A stretch of DNA of 64,000 bases from Azolla caroliniana (lineage: Eukaryota > Plantae > Polypodiophyta). A model generated the notes under the pieces. That model was not told where the DNA came from and made no database searches. It saw nothing but the letters and a program-made list of their open reading frames with translations. The stretch spans positions 15,872,001-15,936,000 of the forward strand of contig JBHGNT010000015.1 in assembly GCA_043228905.1 (NCBI GenBank), read 5' to 3'. Each line of letters begins with the position of its first letter. Positions within the stretch are counted from its first letter, which is position 1. Of this stretch, positions 1-11,929 are shown in pieces. The translations under genes and the position numbers were made by a program.

Positions 1-772
1 TCCTGCGCCACTTGCTGGAAAGCCTCGCGTCTCCTTTGCCTTTCGGCAAGGCGTCGAGTTCGATCTGTAGCCAGGTCGTGCGTTGATCTAGACATCCATC
101 TGTGCCGAGGGCGAAAGATGTAATGTGTTGATATGTATGTGTGATTTTATACGATTATGAGTGTGAATGTAAGTGTGAGTGTGGTAGATACAAAGAGGTG
201 TGAGTGAGTGACTAGGTGTGAATGCCAAGGGGGCTTGCACCCTTGTGGATCTACCCCTTTGTACCTATTTAACCCCTTATAGGGATTGAATGAATACGTG
301 AATAACCATTTCTCTCTCTCTCAATCTCTCTCTTGTCATCTCTCTCTTCTATCTCCCCTTATGTTGAACCCCGTTGGGAGGGGGGTGGAGCCATTCTAGG
401 CACAACCCCCCACCCCACAATGCTTCTCAATGCACATCATGCTATCACCCACAATGATTCTTATCGCCATCACCATTTCCATCTTCATCACTATCAATGT
501 CATAATCAATCTCTCAATGCTTATCACCAATCATCATAAATGTTAACCCTAAAATTGACAATAGGCCGCAAAACGGAGGCCAACGAGGAACCTTTGCAAG
601 AAGCGGGAGCTTCCACTCTGGCCCGAACCATCAAAACGCAACCGAATGCGGATATTGCGGAAAGCTCGGCCACCACGAAGAAGAGTGCTGAAAGAAGATG
701 CGTGAATCGGCTTCGACAAGCTGACAACTCACGAATTACGCACACAACTCAGACTACGAAGATCATGGCGGA

Positions 773-3700
773 ATGTATGCGCACAACTCCGACCGTGGCG
801 AAATGTACGGGCACAACTCTGACTACGAAGATCGTGGCGGAGTGTATGCGCACAACTCCGACCGTGGCGGAATGTTCATAATGAAACATAGAGCAAACTC
901 TATGTCGGCCTCTACCTCAACTAGTGCCCTCAATCCGGAGGACGTATGGTTTGTAGACTCCGGAGCCTCAAACCATATGACATCCCATAAAGAATGGTTT
1001 CTCAAACTTCGAGAGCCGGAGCGACCCGGTTATGTCGAAACCGGAGATGACACTACACACCCGATTCGGCACATCGGCAATGTCCCATTCGGCGAAAGAG
1101 GTAAGCAAACATACATTAAAAATGTCTTGCATGTTCCCACCATCATAAAGAATTTGGTCTAGGTCGGCCAAATGGTTGAGCAAGGGATGCAAGTACGATT
1201 CAATCAAGAAGGGTGCTTCATCGAAAAAGAAGGCCGAATCATCGCACGCGGAAGAAGAGAGGGCCGGATGTTCATTCTCGATTCACACGAGATGAAATCC
1301 GCCATGTTCGCGAAAAGCACGAAAGCCGACTCCGACATAGAGCTATGGCATAAGCGAATTGGCCACATCAATCTCAACAAACTCAAAGCAATGAAATCGA
1401 AAGGAGTCGTCATCGGACTCCCGACATTCAAAGAGAAGGAGATTGAAGGTGTATGCGAAGCGTGCCAATTCGGCAAGCAACACCGACACCCATTTTCGAA
1501 GGAGCGGAACGTGAGCAAAGGCGTACTCGACGTAATTCATTCCGATGTATGGGGTTCGGCTCAAACGGCGACATTCGGCGGATGCCGATATTACGTGCTC
1601 TTCATCGACGACTTTTCTAGGCACACTTGGATCTATCCGATGCGGCAAAAGAGCAAAGTGTTCGGACACTTCCAAAAATTCAAGAATGAAGTCGAGAAAG
1701 CCACGGGCCGACATGTACGTTGTCTTCGATCGGATGGCGGCAAGGAGTACTTCACAGATGATTTCACGGCGTATCTCCGAAAGGAAGGAATTCGGCGAAA
1801 ATTCACTTGCCGACACACTCCACAACAAAACAGAGTAGCCGAGCGCAAAAATCGGCACATCCTCGAAGTAGCGCGGGCCATGATGAACGAGAAGCATATG
1901 CCCTAGTCATATTGGGCCGAAGCTGCAAATACGGCCGTCTACCTAATGAACCGGTGCACAACATTCGGCGTGCACGAGGTCACCCCGTACAAAAAATACT
2001 TCGGAAAGAAGCCGGATATTCGGCGCGATAGCGTACGTGCACATCCCCGATGAGAAGCGTCAAAAGCTTGACCCGAAGTTGGAGAAATGTATCCTCGTAG
2101 GATACTCATTGGAGCAAAAGGGGTACAAGTGCTACAACCCCTCAACTCGAAAGTCTCGAGTAAGTCGAGACGTCGTTTTTGACGAGTCCGCATCCTGGTA
2201 CGCACCAGAGACAACCTCGCCTCCGACTCTGCTCGACCCGGAATCTGCCGAACAAGAGATCGAGAATGAAGATCGCCCTACGCGCATGATCGAAGAAAGT
2301 CCGATCACGACCCGACTGAGCGGACCACAAGAGCCTTTGAGCGATCAAAGCACATCACGGCCTAGCCCGAAGATGGACAAAGGCAAGGTGAAAATTGCGG
2401 AATATGAAGACGATCGCTTCGACGACGATGAATCGACTCACTCACTCGACAGTGAGTTCAGCGGTTTCGAGGTACCAATAGGAGCCAAGAAAGCCCTCAT
2501 CTCTGCAAATGAAAAGCTTCGCCTATGCACTCGTGAAAAGAACCCCGTAAGCCGATTCGGCTACAACGATTATATGGCGTACCATTACGCCTTTATGATG
2601 AAGGTAGCGACAGTACGGGAGCCGGAAACCTTTTCGGAAGCCGCGAAGGACCCGCGATGGATCGAAGCAATGAACGAGGAGATGCAGGCACTACGGAAGA
2701 ATGAGACGATTGGATCTCGTTCCCACCTCACCACACAAAAAGGCGATTGGATGCAAATGGATCTACAAGGTGAAGAGTATAACATTGATGGCTCTGTAAA
2801 CCGCTACAAAGCTCGACTCGTAGCGAAAGGATACGCTCATACACATGGCGTCGACTACGAAGAGACCTTTGCCCCGGTGACAAAGATGACGACGGTGCGG
2901 ACTGTAATTGCGATTGCCACGGCGAAAGGGTGGCACCTCCATCAAATGGACGTCAAGAATGCCTTTCTACAAGGCGAATTAGAAGAGGAGGTGTACATGA
3001 TCCAACCACTCGGCTTCAACTCAAGCACTCATCCAAAAGCCGTATGCCGACTCAAGAAACCACTCTACGGCCTCAAGCAAGCACCGCGTGCTTGGCATTC
3101 GAAGATAACGCAATATCTTCATCAAATCGGCTTTTGTATGTCAAAATCAGACAACTCCCTCTACATTCAAAGCGATTCCACAAGTCTGATCGTCATCATC
3201 TTATATGTGGATGACCTAGTCATTGGAGGTGAGCATCTCGTCGAAATCACTAAGGTAAAATCCCTCCTTTCCGACAAGTTCGAGATGATGGACATGAAGG
3301 ACCTCCACTACTTCCTCGGCATCGAGGTAATTCGGACTCCGGCCGGAATCATGATCTCTCAAAGGCACTACATCCTCAACTTGTTATACAAGTTCGGGAT
3401 GGCTGAGTGCAAATCCGTGGCAACCCCGCTCGATCGTAATCTCAAACTAGATGCGAACTCCGGCACCAAAGCGTGTGAGCTGACTCAATATCGACAACTC
3501 ATCGGGAGTCTCATCTACCTCACGATCACACGACCCGATCTCAGTTATCCGGTCGGTCTCCTTAGCCAATTCATGCAAACACCGCGTGATACTCACTTGG
3601 ATTGCGCTAGGTGAGTTCTATGCTATGTGAGCGGCACAATGGATTGCGGCATCCTCTACAAGACTGCGATGCCAATACGATTCGAGGGGTACACAAACGC

Positions 3701-4190
3701 CGATTGGGCCGGCTACAAAGCTGATAGAAGATCAACCTCCAGACTTGTTTTCTCCCTCGACAGCGGAGCAATATCCTGGAGTAGCAAGAAGCAGCCCACT
3801 ATCGCTCTTTCGAGTACGGAGGCGGAATATAGGGGCGCAGCCGTAGCTGCATGTGAAGCCGTATGACTCAAGAGGATTTTGAAGGATCTGGGCGTACCCA
3901 TCAAGGATCCGACTTCCCTTTACTGCGACAACATGAGCAATATCTATCTGGCTCGGAACCCGGTGTTCCACGCGCGGACAAAGCACATCGAAGTGCATTA
4001 TCACTTCATCCGAGAGCGCGTTCTGGCTGGCGATGTCGACCTACAACACATTAACACCAATCTTCAAACGGCTGACATCCTCACTAAAGCCTTAGGAGCC
4101 GACAAGCTATGGCAATTCATGACCGATCTCGGATTGACGATCCCTGACCTGCCAAGCTTGAGGGGGAGTACTGGAGACACTACGCAATAA
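773..4190 (+). pseudogene. copia pol polyprotein (PR-INT-RT-RH), disrupted by stops and indels
   Basis: ORF fragments 773-1162, 1172-1906, 2037-3614, 3627-3866 and 3879-4190 carry consecutive copia pol motifs. Confidence 0.93.
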
Positions 4191-4451
4191 TGCGTGGATT
4201 CCGTAACCACGCAACGAAGCAGCGGAGAGCCAATCTACCGCGCAAAGCCGCGAAGAAAGACGCAAGCCGAAGCACAGACTTCGCAACTACGCACGCAAGC
4301 CGAAGCACAGACTTTGTAACTATGCACAACGCAAGCTGGAGCACGGATTCCGCAACTCCGCATAAAGCGAGCTGACGCGGACTCCGGAACGCGAGTTGAA
4401 GCGGATTTCGGATATCGTCTGAAACCGACCCGACTTGAGCTTGAGGGGGCG

Positions 4452-4752
4452 TGTTGAGAATCAAGCTCAACTTGGTCTAGTGTGTGAACTCACCTTGAGA
4501 GTGAAGAGACACTCCAACGGTCAAGAATCACCATTATGTCACCACTTTGTATTCTAGCATTTAGTATGAGTCATAGAATCATATTCTATGACACATAACT
4601 TATGAGCTTTCACATTCCCCATGCTCCATGAGCCTTGTAGTTAATGAAGAGAGAGGGTGACTACATAAAGCACCCTCCTCCCACCTTGTATAATGTTGAG
4701 TCTTTCTCCTTTGTCAAGATACTTTTACCTTGCGTATTCTCTGTGTTTCTCT

Positions 4753-4784
<32 letters not shown>

Positions 4785-4832
4785 ACTCACATCTCTTCCG
4801 CTTCACAAGAATCCATCTCTTGCTTCTTTACA
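4452..4832 (+). repeat. copia 3' LTR
   Basis: Starts TGTTGAGAATCAA right after the PPT and ends TTCTTTACA. Clearly similar to the 5' LTR at 13804-14264 (shared TCATAGAATCATATTCTATGACAC and TTAATGAAGAGAGAGGGTGAC). Confidence 0.88.
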
Positions 4833-5123
4833 AGCATTCACATAAATATTTATATACAATCACAAATGCTCAAACATCTATATAGATATATACATTATTA
4901 AATTTATACCCATACAAACACATCCAATTACCCTGCACGATGAGACATACAAAAACATTTATATGATATAACTTATGTGTATATGTATATAACATTCACA
5001 TATTTACACATAAATTAACACCTTTTTAAATACACACACATATACACTCTCTCATACACTAATACCTATACTCGAGTGCGCACACACACAAGCAAAGGAA
5101 AAGGCACTTTCCTCCCAAACACC

Positions 5124-5523
5124 TAACAATTGGTAACGGTTCAGTTTGAACCGAACTGAACCACGAAACCACGGCTTAACGGTTTAAACGGTTCGGTTCA
5201 GGTTCAAGTTTTTCTTAATGGTTCGGTTAAGTTAAAACGGTTTGATGTTTTTTACATTTTTTTTTAAGCAACCTTTTCATTTTTAAGCCTAATTCTCACA
5301 TTTTAGGAAAAAACTTTAAAATTTTGAAAATTAAAAGTTGAAATTTGACCTAAGTTGAAAACCGAAACCGAACCATGAAACGACGGTTTTAACGGTTTGG
5401 ATTTTTACCTAACGTTTCGGTTTAATGGTTTCGTGGTTCAATTTGGTTCAGTTCAAGTTTCAAAAAATTTATATGCTTCGGTTTTCACACTCTCAAATCA
5501 AGCCGAACCATTGCCGATTATTA
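5124..5523. mobile_element. non-autonomous hAT-type DNA transposon (MITE), about 400 bp
   Basis: Imperfect 19-bp TIRs (TAACAATTGGTAACGGTTC / GAACCATTGCCGATTATTA), 8-bp TSD CAAACACC / CAAACAAC, and many subterminal AACCG/CGGTT motifs. Confidence 0.8.
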
Positions 5524-7854
5524 CAAACAACCCCAAGCAAAAGAATTGAGACGAATGTTAAACACTATCAACATCCCATACAACCAACCGAATATTGTTG
5601 AAGATTGTACCTTGCATGCAAATCCACAAAGTGTTATTATGAACAAGTACCTCGCCACACCATCGGTGTCTCAACGACATTTCGATTAAGATATTCCTCT
5701 TCCCATAATGAGGTTAGCTACTCCTTATTTTATACTTGCATAGTAGGTTCTTAGGATGCCACATGTACTTACCATGTGTTATGACCTTACGTGAGTTGTT
5801 TCAATACCCTTGAAACCCTTAGAAATTTGTCCCTTAAATAATATATTAAGGTTGTGCTTATAACACTCATGTACTTTAACAATTTTGAAGTCTACTGGTT
5901 GATTATTGATATGCATTAGTTTTGCTTGTCAAGTGTTTTGCAGTTTATTATGGCGGCAAAATTGTTATCATAATTTTCATTGCACAAACATGCACGATGT
6001 ATAGTACATAAATACATTGCGTATATCATATCATAATTGGATTCCAACTTGTATGGCTTCCACATGTTTACCTAGTGAGTTTATTGAAATAAAAAACTCT
6101 TTGAGTTATGAGTTCACTTTTTCTTTAATTGATACAATAATATTGATTGTGATTTTTGCAATCTCAATTGTTTTGCAAAAATTATTTCTCTTATTTTTGC
6201 AGTTATCCTAGAGATTTCAAGATCCATCGCTAGTGGTTACATTCATTCATAGAATTCGTTTATATCCTATCTTCTGAGGTTCCAATTGACAACATCCATT
6301 ATGCATTTGGGTTTATTATACACTAGTGGAAATATACTCAGTAAAAAACACAACACTTAAATTGGGTGATATCAACATTGTTGAGAGCACACATGCAAGT
6401 CTTGATCAATCTTTTCAAGAAAAAATAGCACAACAAATAACTCATCGTTCATTAATGAAGATGGAAATGGTTGCACAAAAGGAAATAACATCTGGCATCT
6501 CATGAATTCTATGATATCCATCTATATAGCATATCATTATTTACTTTTAGGTGCGGAAAGTTAAAAGAAACCTAATGCATTTATGAGTGTATAGAAATGT
6601 GGAATTGGATGATAGAAGACACTTTTCCTTGAAATATAATGTGTACAAATTATTCATACCTAGAGTCATTACTAGTTTGATTATTTGTTGCATTGCTAGT
6701 ATCTACTACATGAGAACTATTGTGTATTTACATGTTTGACGAGATATACAAATTTTATGGTTTTGTTGGCATTGTACGAATATAAGATCTAGTTGTGAGA
6801 ATGGTAAATGTGTTAATCTATATTGAAAGGTTTTCTATTAAATAAATTGACTTGGCACATAATCATAGCATGATTCACGTCCTTCGTATGAATCTTTATT
6901 ACTTCTAGAATCATTAGCTTTCTTTTGAAGATTCCTTTCCAGTTAACTATCATTCATATTTTACGCACTAGGAGGAAGGTCTTATTTCTCTTCCATATGG
7001 TTTTGAGGCTCAATGATTTGGTAAGCCACTTTAAACTAGATACTTAATGGCGAAAGGTGATCCAACAAATAAACAACAATGTGAAAAAGCCCAAAGTGTA
7101 TAGCTCGAAAAAGAAGAAGAAGGATGGATATGGAGAATAGCTATTCATTCTAAATTATTCCTAATGAGAAAAGTCAGATTCCACACTACAACTAATTAGG
7201 TGAGTGAAAAACATAGTAGAGATACATAGACATATTACTGTAAGAGTGCATATATAACATATATTAAATTGTATTATACCAAAATATTTAAACTTGGTTC
7301 ATGTACCTACATATGAGTGATTTTGACCTACATAGGACTCGTTTTCACCCTTCATATTGGTAGTGAGTCCCCATTGATATTTAATCATTTTTGCATTTTG
7401 TTTATTTATGTGAGTTCAATCACTATATCGTTTGGTATGGGTAATGCTAGATCTTTTAAATCATCTGCCCAAAATAGTCATGGTATGGATTAGGAAATAT
7501 GATAATGTGACATTATACATAGGATTACTAATGACAATATGCCCCTTTGTGCAAGCACCAAGTCATACGAGGTCAATAATGCTGTAATGTTGTTATAATA
7601 AAACCCCTTAGTGGAACAATAGTTGGTTGAGTAAATTTTTAATATTGACTTTGGGGATATGAAACTAATATATAACTTATAATATGATCATTATAAACTA
7701 AAAGCTTGATCTTATGAGATTTTATTCACGAGTCGCAAAACTTCGTGTAATGGGAACATGGGATGTGAAGTCCTTGATGATGACATATTTTACCATCTAG
7801 GCTTCATTGAAACCTTTGCTTGCATCATTTCAAATCCTTCATTACAAGCTTTCT

Positions 7855-8197
7855 TTAATCAAATTCAAGAACTATTATTCATAATTGATATGTGGCCCTC
7901 TTGAGACACGGTGAAATGCTTAACATAAAAATTAATCATTTGAATGGTTTGTGAATGGCTATGTTTCCCACTCAATAGATAAATAAACGTTTGTCTTTAC
8001 TTTTGTTTACAACAACTATGGGCTTAATCAAATTGAAGAGCTATTATTCATAATTGACATGTGGCCCTCTTGAGACAAGGCAAAATGCTTAAATATAAAA
8101 ATTAATCATTTGCGTGGTTTGTGAATGGCTATGTTTCCCACTCAATAGATAAATAAACGTTTGTCTTTACTTTTGTTCACAATGACTACAGGCTTAA
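7855..8197. repeat. tandem duplication of a ~170-bp unit upstream of the aspartic protease gene
   Basis: Two head-to-tail copies (about 7855-8023 and 8024-8197) sharing long identical blocks, e.g. GTGAATGGCTATGTTTCCCACTCAATAGATAAATAAACGTTTGTCTTTAC. Confidence 0.9.
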
Positions 8198-8848
8198 AGA
8201 GAATTAGGTTTCAACATTAAAGACATTTTAGTGTTTTGTAGAAAAGGTATGATGGGGAGATGCATATATTAATATCAAGAAGGAAGCTTGCCCAAGGAAG
8301 TTTGATACTATATCATTTTCGAAAATCATTTTTGACTTCAAGAAAAAATTATGTTTAATGTGTATACATCTCTTCCAATATGACATTAAGTTCTATGTAT
8401 CTTTCTATATCTCTTAAGAGCCATGGCCCATGATAATCGATTTATTTTAGAATCACAAAAGAACGCTCAACATTTCATCCCCAAAATAGTGATTGCACAC
8501 TGATGTTTGGTCGATGCAATACCAACAATGTGCCATCATTCTAGTGTATTAAATAACGAATATATTTGTGAAGCGATGCACATATTTAATGGGAATGAAT
8601 ATTGTGGTCAAGACAAAGATGAAATTATTGGGACTTTGTGAACATCTTGGATTGATGATGTGAGAGAATGTAATGGGTCCTAATGGAATAGGCAAATTAT
8701 CATAAATATATGATGGTTACAACAACTCTTACAAGCCATTATTTTATTAAAATGTTTTCCTACATGTGAGTATATATGTATATCTATATAAACGTAAGGA
8801 GTGAGGGGATGGTAGGAGAGGTACAAAGGTAGGGAAAATAAGGAGAAG

Positions 8849-10354
8849 ATGGAAGTATTGAGACGTGTTACAATAATAATAATAATTACCATCTTGGTGT
8901 TGATTGTTCTAGCAAGGTATGGAGAAGGAATGGAAAATTATAAGGTGGGTTATTATTGTGATGAGAAAGTGAAAGTTACCAAGGAGGAGGCAAGTGAGGT
9001 TGTCGAAGGGATCCTAAGAGCCAAGATTCACCACAAGTACTATAAGAAGGATAATCATAATAATTCTAAGGTTGTTTTACGTTCCAACAATAAGTTTCAT
9101 GTTAGAGGGTTAGATTATAATAATAAATCTAAGGTTGGCAATTTGGGGTTAGACTCTGTTAATAATACTAAGGTATGTGGAGAGGTCATGTTTAATGTGT
9201 TACAGGATGTAAAGAAGGTAGAAGAAAGGCGAGTGCAAATGATACTAAATAAAACTGGGTCTACATTTAAAAGCACCACAATTGAGACTAAAACTATGGT
9301 TAAATCAGGTGAAAGCATAGGAACGGCTAATTATATCATTGAAGTGGGGCTAGGGACACCATCTAGGCAACTAACTTTAGTGATAGACACTGGAAGCGAT
9401 TTGGCATGGACTCAATGCCAACCTTGTAGTGCCTCTTGTTATGGACAAAATGATCCCATATTTGACCCCTCGACATCATCCACCTACAAATCGGTGGCTT
9501 GCAATGCCTCTCTTTGCAAAACAATAGCAAAAAAGATGGCCTCAGGTTGTACCTCAAAAGGAAATATTTGTGAGTATGGTATCCAATATGCAGATGGCTC
9601 GTTCACAATTGGCAACCTTGCCATTGAAACGATAACTCTAGGTACAATGAAACTTGTTGCTTTTCCATTTGGATGTGGCTTTGATAATGAGGGTTTGTTC
9701 GATGGATTCGATGGATTACTAGGCCTCAGCCGTGATACATTGGCTTTTCCAATGCAAAGTCATTCATCTACATTTTCTTATTGCCTCCCATCCCCATTCT
9801 CCCCTTCTGCTGTTGGATTCCTTGAAATTGGCTCTAGTTTTGGTCGAGATGCTAATATTGTCCCATTGCTATCATCCACTTCTAACTCATTCTACACTGT
9901 ATCAATCTCCTCTATCCTTGTTGACTCTAGCTCAATCGGAACAATTTCTAGCACCAATACATTAGTGATTGATTCGGGCACCGTGATTACTCGCCTTGAC
10001 TCAACTCTATACAATATGGTTAGAGATGCTTTTAAGGAAGCCACTACATCACTTCCATCTGCATCACCTGATGTTGGAGAGGGACTTTTTGACACATGTT
10101 TCAAATTGAGTGTGGGGTCAAAAGTTTCCATTCCAACCATAACATTTAATTTGGGTGAGAATCTCCAATTCTCACCTCCTATCACCTCTTTATTGTACCC
10201 CATGGATAACTCTGGAACAATGTGTTTTGCCTTTGCACCCATCAAATCAAATTCTCGTATCTCAATCCTTGGCAACTATCAACAACAAGGATACACCTTC
10301 ACTTTCCACATTGCCTCTCCACCATTCCTTAGCATTAAACCAGACACTTGCTAA
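8849..10354 (+). CDS. secreted pepsin-like (A1) aspartic protease, nepenthesin/AED1-like (TAXi_N + TAXi_C), intronless
   Basis: 501-aa ORF with a hydrophobic N-terminal signal, NYIIEVGLGTP, catalytic DTGS and DSGT motifs, Cys-rich nepenthesin-type insert (WTQCQPC...FDPSTSSTY...C), FGCG, GLLGL, FSYCL and ILGNYQQ. Confidence 0.95.
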   Translation: MEVLRRVTIIIIITILVLIVLARYGEGMENYKVGYYCDEKVKVTKEEASEVVEGILRAKIHHKYYKKDNHNNSKVVLRSNNKFHVRGLDYNNKSKVGNLGLDSVNNTKVCGEVMFNVLQDVKKVEERRVQMILNKTGSTFKSTTIETKTMVKSGESIGTANYIIEVGLGTPSRQLTLVIDTGSDLAWTQCQPCSASCYGQNDPIFDPSTSSTYKSVACNASLCKTIAKKMASGCTSKGNICEYGIQYADGSFTIGNLAIETITLGTMKLVAFPFGCGFDNEGLFDGFDGLLGLSRDTLAFPMQSHSSTFSYCLPSPFSPSAVGFLEIGSSFGRDANIVPLLSSTSNSFYTVSISSILVDSSSIGTISSTNTLVIDSGTVITRLDSTLYNMVRDAFKEATTSLPSASPDVGEGLFDTCFKLSVGSKVSIPTITFNLGENLQFSPPITSLLYPMDNSGTMCFAFAPIKSNSRISILGNYQQQGYTFTFHIASPPFLSIKPDTC

Positions 10355-11049
10355 TTCTTCAAAGATAATTTCTATTGAAAAATAGGAGCTTGAACTTTTA
10401 ATTATAGAGTGTTTTTAAAGATGTCTACCTACCTCCATGGCATGAAAAATACGTACACAAAAGAGGAATGATCTCCATCAACAATCATAAAATTACTTCT
10501 GCTACTACTACCACCATCACCACTATTGTTGCTACTACTACTACCACTACTAAATATGTCTCTTTTACTACAAATATATTGTAAAGATGCATAATAGAAC
10601 ATGTGATCCTAACCACCTCTTGTTTGATTGGGATTGCATGTATATATATGTTATATAATGTACACTCATCACTAAAACTTTCTCAAATTAAGTGTTGTGG
10701 ATTTAGATTCTTCTAGCCATGTTAAAACGTTCTACTCCTTCCCTTAAATCCATTTTGTTGATGCCCTTATGTGTGTGTGTGTGTGTGTGTGTGAAAAGCT
10801 TCATTGACACCACTCTAACTGGGTCTATCTCCCTCTCTCTCTTGTTTTGATCAAATATGGAAAAGAAACAAAGAATTGACAACCAAGAGAATGTAAAAAT
10901 TCATATACCTACTCATGCACACCTATTAGACCATTTGGCATAGGGGCCAACACATGATTTGGACCTACTCATGTGACATCAATCCTGAAATTTCCAACAT
11001 TGAAATTGCCAAAGAAAACTATATTTCAAGGGCCCAATTGGTCTTTTCA

Positions 11050-11450
11050 CTCATACATGTGCATCAAATACAAGCACATTCCCCATCCTCCAAACATGCC
11101 ATAAGCCCTAGTACTTCATGAAATTGAACACTATCTCCAAATGTGGTAGTACTGATACAAATTCAAACTTTGGGAAGATCCATTGGAAAGAATTTTTGAA
11201 ATGTTTTGTAATGGATGCCCACACTATATATATGAATATCCAAATAGGTCTAGACACTCCACAAGTGATAAAGTGATGTCTACTATGTTCTAATGAAACC
11301 CTTGAAAAGAAATACAATCCATAACCAATATTTGTCTTCCTAAGAGCATCTCCATTGAGTAATGCCTCAACCATAACACTCTAAATGGAAGATGGGAACA
11401 TTGCCCCATCTCCAACACATGTAAAATGGACTTTTAAAATTCCCATTCTC
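11050..11450 (-). mobile_element. degenerate L1-type LINE ORF2 3' fragment (zf-RVT region)
   Basis: Minus-strand translation ...FFSRVSLEHSRHHFITCGVSRPIW... resembles the CxxC-x-E-x-H-x-C-x-W motif of zf-RVT and is similar to the fragment at 27350-27510. Confidence 0.55.
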
Positions 11451-11688
11451 TCATAATAATCTCCCCCATCCACTAATTTCTATGAATTAATTTGCAATAG
11501 ATGTCACTTGTTTTGACTTTGACAAAGCTCTTATGCTAACAATTGACCAATCAAACTCAATGAAGAATCAAGAGACAAGTGATTGGGCTTCACAATGTAG
11601 ACGATCCTTCAATATTTGATCTGCAATATACATGAATTTCCTATACTAAAGTAATAAATGAAAATAATATTTTTTGTATTACAATACA

Positions 11689-11763
11689 TAACTTAATGGT
11701 ATGGCTTCAACCCATGTAACACAAGGTCATGGGTTCAAATCCTTTTGGAGCCATATCATGACA
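11689..11763 (+). other. tRNA-like A-box/B-box cassette next to an LTR-like terminus (CATGACA)
   Basis: TAACTTAATGG (A-box-like) at 11689 and GGTTCAAATCC (B box) at 11732. Read on the minus strand, the segment starts TGTCATG immediately after a gypsy integrase fragment. Confidence 0.5.
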
Positions 11764-11929
11764 CCAACGAGGATGATGGCCTGTATAAGCATAGAATGGT
11801 GTAACCCTAGTAGAGGAGTGGATAGAATTATTATAAGCAAACTCAGCAAAATGTAAAATATCTGCCCAATCATCTTGTTGATAGCTTAGAAAACACTGAA
11901 GATATTGTTCTAGTGTTTGATTTGTACAT
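11764..11929 (-). mobile_element. Ty3/gypsy integrase fragment
   Basis: TNQTLEQYLQCF...DWADILHFAEFAYNNSIHSSTRVTPFYAYTGHHPRW is the C-terminal part of a gypsy integrase core. Confidence 0.85.

Larger units (their letters stand above)
540..4832 (+). mobile_element. Ty1/copia LTR retrotransposon, 5'-truncated (end of gag, pol, PPT, 3' LTR)
   Basis: CCHC knuckle (CGYCGKLGHHEEEC) near 645-690, protease WFVDSGASNHM, integrase (LWHKRIGH, CEAC, HSDVWG, RSDGGKEY), RT (HQMDVKNAFLQG, LYVDDL), RNase H (LYCDN, RTKHIEVHYHFIRE) in copia order. PPT TTGAGGGGG at 4441-4449, LTR TG...CA 4452-4832. Confidence 0.95.

Noticed and set aside
1-540. 68-aa His-rich ORF and flanking sequence
   Set aside because: Low-complexity CAT/CT repeats with a TTG start. 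Probably TE-derived, but could not be assigned to a family.
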